Assembly (NCBI GenBank): GCA_030141605.1
Contig: JAQGDQ010000144.1
Span: 248,001-312,000 of the forward strand
Length of the DNA: 64,000 bases
Direction: 5' to 3'
Source of the DNA: Tubiluchus corallicola
Lineage: Eukaryota; Animalia; Priapulida
The position numbers and the translations under genes were made by a program. This document shows, piece after piece, positions 62,201 to 64,000 of this stretch (positions within the stretch are counted from its first letter, which is position 1; each line of letters starts with the position of its first letter). Under the pieces are notes generated by a model. It ran no database searches. It worked only from the letters and a program-made list of their open reading frames with translations, and was not told the origin of the DNA.

Positions 62201-63963
62201 TAAATGATCACAGCTTTTAAAGAATAGTATATGTTGTTAATTTCATTGTTTGCATTTATAGCAAGGAAATTTACTCCATTCCTGTATGCCGGGTTGGAAG
62301 CCACAACGGCTGCGCAAGTGCAAGCAATGAAAAAGGAGTCGCCACCTATCTCTCCAACAAAGAGGCACAAGAAGCCCAAGTTCGACAGATTTCCATGTAT
62401 GTCAATCTTTCACATTTGAAATATTTACTTGAGTATTGCATTTAAATTACTAGTGATAGACGAAGTGACAACGTTTTTCTGGAAATTAGCAATAATACAT
62501 GCCTAGGTGTTTTAAAAGTTTCAAGGTTCTGGATTCAGATCCTGCTGACTTACCATTTTTTCTGTATTTCCTTGTTCAATTAATTATTCGTTAGGCTAAT
62601 TGTTGAAAGTGTCAGAGATCAGTCATTCTGAGAGAGGTCTTGACATCAATTTTTGCCAGTTTTGGCCTTGGCCTCAGTCTCATGGGTTTGAATTTTTATT
62701 TGGTATTGGTCTTGATTTCGTCTCGTATACATGCTGGTATCGATCTTCGTCTTTATCCCGAAACACAAAGTGCAGTTAATTGTATCACTTACTGATAATT
62801 ATACTGAATCGATTACTGATAACACTACTGAAAAATTACAAGTAGTGTTTTGTGAAAACACTAACTAACAAACCACTTAAGCAATTTCTTGAAATTTCTG
62901 ATTTTTTGCACATAGTTGGCAGAACTACCTGCTGTATGAACGTCTTGAACCTCATGAGCCTCCTAATGACTCTGGGCCCTTGCCTGCTGTTCGCCTTTTC
63001 AGTCAGTCTGATATTGCCGAGATAGTATAATAAAGTCCTGTCCGGCTATCGTGCCTGTATGTTTTCCGGAGAATTAGAACTGTGCTGGAATAAGCAGCCC
63101 AATAATCATAGGATAAAGCTGTGATGCACCTGTCACTTTCTTATTGTGTGTCATTTTTCGACGTGTGAATTTCTAAAGACATAGTTCAAACAGCAAACTA
63201 GTAGCTTAATACTGCAAAATTCCAATGATGTTTCCAATTCTTGCTTTGCTATTTATTCTTATTATTTACCATATAATGCATCAAGAAATGTAAAAAAAAA
63301 TTTTATTTATGCAAAATTATTTAAAGACAGCTTAACATGGTTAAAGCTGTTTTCTGCGAAAGCTTAGTTTTCGGTCTTGATTTCGAATAATGCAGAGTTG
63401 AATTAGTAGGTTTTGGTCCTATCTTCGTCGTAATTGTTCTGGTTAAGGTCGTAGTCCTGGTCTTGAAAGTTGCAGTCTGGGTCTTGGTCTTGATTACCCC
63501 AGTCCTGGGTACATATCCAGACTAAGTGTGATGTCTTTCTTAATGTGCGTGCGTGCGTATGTGTGCGCGCACGAGTGTGCATATGCGTGTGTGCGTAAAT
63601 AGTATGTAAGTAAGAAAAAATGACTATTTAATTTTAAAAAAATCAATTTTATGTCGATTGTGCAATTTTATATGGAACATCAATTACTTCTCTAGAAAAT
63701 TGGTCATGTAATTGTTTTTTCTTGCGACAATTTGTCCTCTTAAAGCAATAAAATAATGATGAGAAAAAACAATAAAAATAAATTGACTACCTTTCAACTA
63801 ATCAGGTAATTTACTTTATTCAGCATTGGAGCCTGTATATGAACCACCGTACTTTAAAGAGAAACTATTTGACATGGTTGTGACAGATGGTGATTCTGCT
63901 TTGCTTATGTGCGTTGTCAAGGGAACACCAGAGCCAGATATCTATTGGTATAAAGATGGACAG
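27..63963 (+). CDS. unc-22: Twitchin/projectin-like giant sarcomeric kinase (titin family), partial at both ends; 96 coding exons, 38 Fn3 + 21 Ig + kinase
   Basis: Unbroken chain of AG/GT-bounded, phase-compatible exons encoding Fn3 (PxxP..W..P..DGG..I..Y..E..W..Y.FRV.A.N..G.S) and I-set Ig domains. These are followed by Ig-Ig-Fn, a twitchin-type linker ([19 protein letters not shown]), the kinase and a regulatory tail ([32 protein letters not shown]). Symbol assigned by family resemblance only. Confidence 0.93.
362..664 (+). CDS. exon 2: Fn3
   Basis: gcag|..TATG|gtaaaa; DPPGEPG..KPRY; 303 nt. Confidence 0.92.
1105..1386 (+). CDS. exon 3: Ig
   Basis: acag|..GTAG|gtaagc; VAPRIT..DAGTY; 282 nt. 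Confidence 0.92.
1853..2152 (+). CDS. exon 4: Fn3
   Basis: gcag|..TATG|gtaaat; [14 protein letters not shown]; 300 nt. Confidence 0.92.
2220..2503. mobile_element. Degenerate Tc1/mariner-superfamily (pogo/Tigger-like) MITE
   Basis: TA|CAGGTAGTCATTGACTTATG ... CTTAACTTGACAACTATCTG|TA; imperfect TIR (13/20), TA flanks, subterminal ACTTATG echo. Confidence 0.55.
2715..3017 (+). CDS. exon 5: Fn3
   Basis: ttag|..TATG|gtatgt; DEPGKP..KPRY; 303 nt. Confidence 0.92.
3330..3605 (+). CDS. exon 6: Ig
   Basis: ttag|..TTTG|gtgagt; VAPKLEK..DSGVY; 276 nt. Confidence 0.92.
3848..4147 (+). CDS. exon 7: Fn3
   Basis: ttag|..TATG|gtaagt; [14 protein letters not shown]; 300 nt. Confidence 0.92.
4623..4925 (+). 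CDS. exon 8: Fn3
   Basis: acag|..TTCC|gtatgt; [13 protein letters not shown]; 303 nt; missed by the ORF track. Confidence 0.92.
5269..5656 (+). CDS. exon 9: Ig + Fn3 N-part
   Basis: acag|..ATATT|gtaagt; [24 protein letters not shown]; 388 nt. Confidence 0.92.
6238..6434 (+). CDS. exon 10: Fn3 C-part
   Basis: taag|G..TATG|gtattt; [16 protein letters not shown]; 197 nt. Confidence 0.9.
6589..6761 (+). CDS. exon 11: Fn3 N-part
   Basis: atag|..CAAG|gtttgt; [14 protein letters not shown]; 173 nt. Confidence 0.9.
7017..7652. mobile_element. hAT-superfamily non-autonomous element (MITE)
   Basis: Exact 8-bp TSD AATTCAAT (7009-7016 and 7653-7660); ends CAGTGTTGTAGC ... GCTTCTTCACTG. Confidence 0.75.
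8152..8281 (+). CDS. exon 12: Fn3 C-part
   Basis: atag|GAC..TTTG|gtatga; [13 protein letters not shown]; 130 nt. Confidence 0.9.
8709..9011 (+). CDS. exon 13: Fn3
   Basis: gcag|..TTTG|gttagt; [13 protein letters not shown]; 303 nt. Confidence 0.92.
9586..9640. repeat. (ACT/TAC)n imperfect microsatellite
   Basis: actactatgtctactactactagtacattactactacaccattactac. Confidence 0.6.
9851..9991 (+). CDS. exon 14: Ig N-part
   Basis: acag|..ATTG|gtaatt; VAPKINK..GEPVP; 141 nt. Confidence 0.9.
10202..10342 (+). CDS. exon 15: Ig C-part
   Basis: ttag|..AAAG|gtaagt; [14 protein letters not shown]; 141 nt. Confidence 0.9.
10686..10985 (+). CDS. exon 16: Fn3
   Basis: tcag|..TGGG|gtaaag; [14 protein letters not shown]; 300 nt. 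Confidence 0.92.
11295..11597 (+). CDS. exon 17: Fn3
   Basis: gcag|..TACG|gtaaga; [13 protein letters not shown]; 303 nt. Confidence 0.92.
11762..11906 (+). CDS. exon 18: Ig N-part
   Basis: tcag|..ACAA|gtttgt; [12 protein letters not shown]; phase-2 end. Confidence 0.87.
12138..12274 (+). CDS. exon 19: Ig C-part
   Basis: ttag|..GTTG|gtacgc; [15 protein letters not shown]. Confidence 0.9.
12654..12953 (+). CDS. exon 20: Fn3
   Basis: tcag|..TTTG|gtaagt; [14 protein letters not shown]; 300 nt. Confidence 0.92.
13069..13371 (+). CDS. exon 21: Fn3
   Basis: tcag|..CATG|gtaagt; [12 protein letters not shown]; 303 nt. Confidence 0.92.
13545..13932 (+). CDS. exon 22: Ig + Fn3 N-part
   Basis: atag|..TGTC|gtaagt; 388 nt, same structure as exon 9. 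Confidence 0.92.
14417..14613 (+). CDS. exon 23: Fn3 C-part
   Basis: tcag|G..TTTG|gtaagt; 197 nt. Confidence 0.9.
14729..14901 (+). CDS. exon 24: Fn3 N-part
   Basis: gtag|..CAAG|gtaggg; [19 protein letters not shown]; 173 nt. Confidence 0.9.
15430..15559 (+). CDS. exon 25: Fn3 C-part
   Basis: ctag|GAA..TTCG|gtaatt; [13 protein letters not shown]; 130 nt. Confidence 0.9.
15671..15800 (+). CDS. exon 26: Fn3 N-part
   Basis: atag|..AAAA|gtgagt; [16 protein letters not shown]. Confidence 0.9.
15960..16132 (+). CDS. exon 27: Fn3 C-part
   Basis: acag|G..TTTT|gtaagt; [12 protein letters not shown]. Confidence 0.9.
16249..16418 (+). CDS. exon 28: Ig N-part
   Basis: atag|..TAAA|gtaagt; LPPSIQR..GEPPP. 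Confidence 0.9.
17104..17215 (+). CDS. exon 29: Ig C-part
   Basis: tcag|GTG..CTTG|gtgagt; [14 protein letters not shown]. Confidence 0.9.
17443..17742 (+). CDS. exon 30: Fn3
   Basis: tcag|..TACG|gttagt; 300 nt. Confidence 0.92.
17979..18114 (+). CDS. exon 31: Fn3 N-part
   Basis: gcag|..ACAG|gtttgt; [16 protein letters not shown]. Confidence 0.9.
18261..18427 (+). CDS. exon 32: Fn3 C-part
   Basis: gcag|..TATG|gtaaaa; [13 protein letters not shown]. Confidence 0.9.
18881..19162 (+). CDS. exon 33: Ig
   Basis: ttag|..GTTG|gtatgt; 282 nt. Confidence 0.92.
19430..19589. mobile_element. Possible one-ended fragment of a pogo/Tigger-like MITE
   Basis: Ends GTTTCGTTATAAGCC...GGACTCAACTG|TA with repeated (T)AATAA/TTATAA subterminal motifs; no partner TIR found. 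Confidence 0.3.
19963..20262 (+). CDS. exon 34: Fn3
   Basis: tcag|..TTTG|gtaaac; [14 protein letters not shown]; 300 nt. Confidence 0.92.
21371..21673 (+). CDS. exon 35: Fn3
   Basis: ctag|..TATT|gtaagt; 303 nt. Confidence 0.92.
21797..22078 (+). CDS. exon 36: Ig
   Basis: atag|..CTTG|gtgagt; 282 nt. Confidence 0.92.
22100..22520. repeat. ~40-bp degenerate T/G-rich minisatellite, about 10 copies
   Basis: Recurrent unit TTTGTGCTTTGTTACATTCTTGTATATGTTGTC; near-identical copies at ~22189 and ~22470 (about 7 x 40 bp apart). Confidence 0.8.
22906..23208 (+). CDS. exon 37: Fn3
   Basis: gcag|..TATG|gtacgt; 303 nt. Confidence 0.92.
23623..23795 (+). CDS. exon 38: Fn3 N-part
   Basis: ttag|..AAAG|gtaagt; 173 nt. 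Confidence 0.9.
23881..24549. mobile_element. Degenerate Tc1/mariner-superfamily (pogo/Tigger-like) MITE
   Basis: TATTGTAAGTTCTTGCTTAATGAC versus reverse complement of right end CATAGCAAGTCCTTGTTTAACGAC (18/24); subterminal TTTAGCGAC/TTAACGA repeats at both ends. Confidence 0.6.
24817..24946 (+). CDS. exon 39: Fn3 C-part
   Basis: tcag|AAT..TTTG|gtaagt; [12 protein letters not shown]; 130 nt. Confidence 0.9.
25014..25736. mobile_element. piggyBac-type non-autonomous element
   Basis: TTAA|CTTCTTCGGGACC ... GGACCTGAAGGAG|TTAA; TIR 10/13 plus TTAA TSD. Confidence 0.62.
25964..26239 (+). CDS. exon 40: Ig
   Basis: acag|..CTTG|gtaata; EKPKL..RAGEPL..DAGRY; 276 nt. Confidence 0.92.
26723..26830 (+). 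CDS. exon 41: Fn3 N-part
   Basis: gcag|..ACAG|gtatat; [14 protein letters not shown]; 108 nt. Confidence 0.9.
27643..27834 (+). CDS. exon 42: Fn3 C-part
   Basis: ctag|..TACG|gtgaga; [12 protein letters not shown]; 192 nt. Confidence 0.9.
28002..28106 (+). CDS. exon 43: Fn3 N-part
   Basis: ttag|..ACAG|gtatta; 105 nt. Confidence 0.9.
28268..28465 (+). CDS. exon 44: Fn3 C-part
   Basis: tcag|..ATAT|gtaagt; 198 nt. Confidence 0.9.
28648..28804 (+). CDS. exon 45: Fn3 N-part
   Basis: ttag|..CTAG|gtatta; [16 protein letters not shown]. Confidence 0.9.
29008..29062. repeat. 17-bp tandem repeat x3
   Basis: ATTT(C/T)TAACAAATGTAT three times. Confidence 0.8.
29819..29961 (+). CDS. exon 46: Fn3 C-part
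   Basis: gtag|G..CCAG|gtatga; [12 protein letters not shown]; 157+143=300 nt, matching paralogous exon 58. Confidence 0.85.
30161..30353 (+). CDS. exon 47: Ig N-part
   Basis: ttag|..ATAG|gttggt. Confidence 0.88.
30512..30600 (+). CDS. exon 48: Ig C-part
   Basis: ccag|..CTTG|gtaaga; [14 protein letters not shown]. Confidence 0.9.
30748..30853 (+). CDS. exon 49: Fn3 N-part
   Basis: acag|..TTAG|gtattg; [10 protein letters not shown]. Confidence 0.9.
30960..30994. repeat. Short (TATTAC/CTATTAC) tandem repeat
   Basis: tactattacctattacctattactattacctatt. Confidence 0.6.
31074..31270 (+). CDS. exon 50: Fn3 C-part
   Basis: ttag|..TATG|gtacgt; 197 nt. Confidence 0.9.
31373..31545 (+). CDS. exon 51: Fn3 N-part
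   Basis: ttag|..AAAG|gtaagt; 173 nt. Confidence 0.9.
31643..31772 (+). CDS. exon 52: Fn3 C-part
   Basis: ttag|GAT..TTTG|gtatga; 130 nt. Confidence 0.9.
31996..32283 (+). CDS. exon 53: Ig
   Basis: gcag|..CTTG|gtaagt; [14 protein letters not shown]; 288 nt. Confidence 0.92.
32399..32506 (+). CDS. exon 54: Fn3 N-part
   Basis: tcag|..TCAG|gtacaa; 108 nt. Confidence 0.9.
32621..32812 (+). CDS. exon 55: Fn3 C-part
   Basis: ttag|..TATG|gtacgt; 192 nt. Confidence 0.9.
32876..33790. mobile_element. Tc1/mariner-superfamily (pogo/Tigger-like) non-autonomous element, relatively young
   Basis: 26-bp TIR CA(T/G)TAGGCGCCGCTTAATAGACT(T/C)AC with 2 mismatches; TA TSD on both sides; 915 bp; no transposase ORF. 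Confidence 0.85.
33849..33953 (+). CDS. exon 56: Fn3 N-part
   Basis: ctag|..ACAG|gtattg; 105 nt. Confidence 0.9.
34224..34421 (+). CDS. exon 57: Fn3 C-part
   Basis: acag|..GTTT|gtaagt; [13 protein letters not shown]; 198 nt. Confidence 0.9.
34699..34998 (+). CDS. exon 58: Fn3
   Basis: ttag|..CCAG|gtaaca; 300 nt. Confidence 0.92.
35485..35642 (+). CDS. exon 59: Ig N-part
   Basis: tcag|..GGAG|gtatgg. Confidence 0.9.
36139..36262 (+). CDS. exon 60: Ig C-part
   Basis: gtag|ACT..GTTG|gtatga; [14 protein letters not shown]. Confidence 0.9.
36429..36529 (+). CDS. exon 61: Fn3 N-part
   Basis: gtag|..CAAG|gtaaaa; DRPDPPVGP. Confidence 0.9.
36878..37076 (+). CDS. exon 62: Fn3 C-part (GC donor)
   Basis: ctag|ATT..TATG|gcaagt; 101+199=300 nt. 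Confidence 0.85.
37283..37469 (+). CDS. exon 63: Fn3 N-part
   Basis: tcag|..TCAG|gtatga. Confidence 0.9.
37563..37681 (+). CDS. exon 64: Fn3 C-part
   Basis: ctag|G..CCTA|gtaagt; [13 protein letters not shown]. Confidence 0.9.
37789..37907 (+). CDS. exon 65: Ig N-part
   Basis: ttag|..CAAG|gtacat; TAPRIRLD..GRPPP. Confidence 0.9.
38136..38301 (+). CDS. exon 66: Ig C-part
   Basis: ttag|AAT..GTAG|gtaagt; DGGHY. Confidence 0.9.
38591..38745 (+). CDS. exon 67: Fn3 N-part
   Basis: gcag|..AACG|gtaagt. Confidence 0.9.
39341..39488 (+). CDS. exon 68: Fn3 C-part
   Basis: atag|GTT..TTCA|gtaggt; [13 protein letters not shown]. Confidence 0.9.
39637..40431 (+). CDS. exon 69: two Fn3 domains, the second with a ~64-aa basic/Ser-rich insertion
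   Basis: gtag|..GTTG|gtaagt; 795 nt versus ~600 expected for two Fn3; open frame throughout. Confidence 0.88.
40605..40716 (+). CDS. exon 70: Ig N-part
   Basis: ctag|..GATG|gtatac; [14 protein letters not shown]. Confidence 0.88.
40843..40980. repeat. (TGTGT/TGTGC)n pentanucleotide microsatellite
   Basis: ttgtgctgtgttgtgttgtgttgtgctgtgttgtgctgtgttgtgttg. Confidence 0.85.
41013..41185 (+). CDS. exon 71: Ig C-part
   Basis: ttag|G..AGCT|gtaagt; DEGEYTC. Confidence 0.9.
41629..41907 (+). CDS. exon 72: Ig
   Basis: ttag|..GTTG|gtatgt; 279 nt. Confidence 0.92.
42081..42274 (+). CDS. exon 73: Fn3 N-part
   Basis: aaag|..TCAG|gtaaga. Confidence 0.9.
42392..42500 (+). CDS. exon 74: Fn3 C-part
   Basis: atag|GGC..TTTG|gtatga; AKLPF. 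Confidence 0.9.
43219..43323 (+). CDS. exon 75: Fn3 N-part
   Basis: tcag|..CTTG|gttagt; [17 protein letters not shown]. Confidence 0.9.
43909..44106 (+). CDS. exon 76: Fn3 C-part
   Basis: ttag|..AATG|gtattt; [24 protein letters not shown]. Confidence 0.9.
45171..45455 (+). CDS. exon 77: Ig
   Basis: ttag|..AAAA|gtaagc; [14 protein letters not shown]. Confidence 0.92.
45911..46048 (+). repeat. Degenerate interstitial (TTAGGG)n-like repeat
   Basis: TTAGGA/TTAGTG/TTAGGG hexamers, ending GTTAGGGTTAGGGTTAGGG. Confidence 0.85.
46182..46377 (+). CDS. exon 78: Ig N-part
   Basis: tcag|..TCAG|gtatct; [14 protein letters not shown]. Confidence 0.9.
46813..46904 (+). CDS. exon 79: Ig C-part
   Basis: acag|..AACG|gtatgt; [18 protein letters not shown]. 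Confidence 0.9.
47059..47224 (+). CDS. exon 80: pre-kinase Fn3 N-part
   Basis: ttag|..CTAG|gtatgt; DRPSPPRFP. Confidence 0.9.
47228..47299. repeat. (GT)n(GCGT)n compound microsatellite
   Basis: Begins inside the donor site of exon 80: gtatgtgtgtgt...gcgtgcgtgcgt. Confidence 0.95.
47596..47756 (+). CDS. exon 81: pre-kinase Fn3 C-part + start of N-linker
   Basis: ttag|..GAAG|gtactt; [18 protein letters not shown]. Confidence 0.9.
48008..48582. mobile_element. Possible old hAT-like MITE
   Basis: Ends CAATGGTATAGC ... GCTATAGCCATC resemble CAGTGGCGTAGC-type TIRs, with GC-rich subtermini; no TSD visible. Confidence 0.3.
48696..48755 (+). CDS. exon 82: kinase N-terminal linker (NL)
   Basis: tcag|..TGCG|gtgagt; [20 protein letters not shown], twitchin NL motif (RGKG..NYD). 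Confidence 0.88.
49050..49146 (+). CDS. exon 83: NL end / kinase start
   Basis: tcag|..GAGT|gtaagt; [23 protein letters not shown]. Confidence 0.9.
49318..49521 (+). CDS. exon 84: kinase N-lobe
   Basis: [13 protein letters not shown] (catalytic Lys), alphaC RHE, HHPKLL. Confidence 0.93.
50671..50812 (+). CDS. exon 85: kinase hinge to catalytic loop
   Basis: [15 protein letters not shown]|gtaatt. Confidence 0.93.
50969..51168 (+). CDS. exon 86: kinase DFG-APE segment
   Basis: [31 protein letters not shown]. Confidence 0.93.
51692..51844 (+). CDS. exon 87: kinase C-lobe
   Basis: [23 protein letters not shown]. Confidence 0.93.
52351..52396 (+). CDS. exon 88: kinase C-terminus
   Basis: tcag|G..AAGG|gtacgt; [14 protein letters not shown]. 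Confidence 0.9.
52998..53075 (+). CDS. exon 89: C-terminal regulatory domain, part 1
   Basis: gcag|GGA..ATAT|gtaagt; [19 protein letters not shown]. Confidence 0.9.
54189..54350. repeat. Nested inverted repeats around (AT)n
   Basis: Perfect 46-bp palindrome 54237-54282; outer arms GAAGAATGGTAATATGTTT(AT)n / (AT)nAAACATATTACCATTCTTC; ATGGTAATATG x3. Confidence 0.9.
55297..55399 (+). CDS. exon 90: C-terminal regulatory domain, part 2
   Basis: gcag|GAA..TTCG|gtaaga; [20 protein letters not shown]. Confidence 0.9.
55609..55726 (+). CDS. exon 91: first post-kinase Ig N-part
   Basis: tcag|..CATG|gtaaga; [22 protein letters not shown]. Confidence 0.9.
55870..55913. repeat. (TTCAA)n imperfect pentanucleotide repeat
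   Basis: attcaattcaatttgttttcaattcagttcaattctattcaatt. Confidence 0.7.
56746..56918 (+). CDS. exon 92: first post-kinase Ig C-part
   Basis: acag|G..CAGA|gtaagt; [14 protein letters not shown]. Confidence 0.9.
57394..57436. repeat. (GAT)n imperfect microsatellite
   Basis: gctgatgttgatgatgatgatggtgatgacgacgatgatgat. Confidence 0.75.
58759..58958 (+). CDS. exon 93: linker + second post-kinase Ig N-part
   Basis: gcag|..AACA|gtaagt; [28 protein letters not shown]. Confidence 0.9.
61742..61922 (+). CDS. exon 94: second post-kinase Ig C-part
   Basis: atag|GTA..GAAG|gtatgg; [23 protein letters not shown]. Confidence 0.9.
62262..62396 (+). CDS. exon 95: unique inter-Ig linker
   Basis: atag|..CCAT|gtatgt; phase 1-1, 135 nt, GC-richer than flanks; no domain motif. 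Confidence 0.78.
62613..63521 (+). mobile_element. Decayed hAT-like element with GGTCTT-rich subtermini and a possible transposase C-terminal remnant
   Basis: GGTCTTG-type repeats at 62636-62753 and 63373-63495; flanks GAAAGTGT / CTAAGTGT (6/8 TSD); internal frame [16 protein letters not shown] resembles the hATC dimerisation motif (ERxFSxSG). Confidence 0.5.
63544..63596. repeat. (GT/GCGT)n alternating purine-pyrimidine microsatellite
   Basis: tgtgcgtgcgtgcgtatgtgtgcgcgcacgagtgtgcatatgcgtgtgtgcg. Confidence 0.75.
63824..63963 (+). CDS. exon 96: third post-kinase Ig N-part
   Basis: tcag|..ACAG|gtgaag; [28 protein letters not shown]. Confidence 0.9.
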
Positions 63964-64000
63964 GTGAAGCACATAATTTGTTATGTTCTCCTTGTTAAAA

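Noticed and set aside
27-63963. Assignment as vertebrate titin (TTN) or as several separate Fn3/Ig genes
   Set aside because: Exon phases chain continuously into one frame. The kinase has DFG with twitchin-type NL and CRD sequences, and the 11-domain titin C-zone repeat is absent.

Overview
AT-rich, intron-dense eukaryotic (metazoan, probably invertebrate) genomic DNA. The whole 64 kb lies inside one + strand gene of the twitchin/projectin (unc-22/bent; titin-like) giant sarcomeric kinase family; neither the start nor the stop codon is in the window. I traced 96 phase-compatible coding exons by hand (27..63963). They encode 38 Fn3 domains (first partial), 21 Ig domains (last partial), a CAMK/MLCK-type kinase with intact catalytic motifs, and the twitchin-type N-terminal linker and C-terminal regulatory tail. 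Domain order: Fn-Fn, [Ig-Fn2-Ig-Fn2-Ig-Fn3]x2, Ig-Fn2-Ig-Fn2, [Ig-Fn2-Ig-Fn3]x3, Ig-Ig-Fn-Fn-Ig-Ig-Fn-kinase-Ig-Ig-Ig(partial). Most notable are (i) a 10-domain super-repeat confirmed by matching exon lengths and intron phases, and (ii) a ~64-aa insertion inside one Fn3 domain carrying four clustered PKA-consensus sites. Also seen are intron turnover between repeat copies and one GC-AG intron. The introns hold hAT-, piggyBac- and Tc1/pogo-type non-autonomous elements, a telomere-like tract, a perfect 46-bp palindrome and several micro/minisatellites. No database search was possible, so orthology and novelty statements are inferences.
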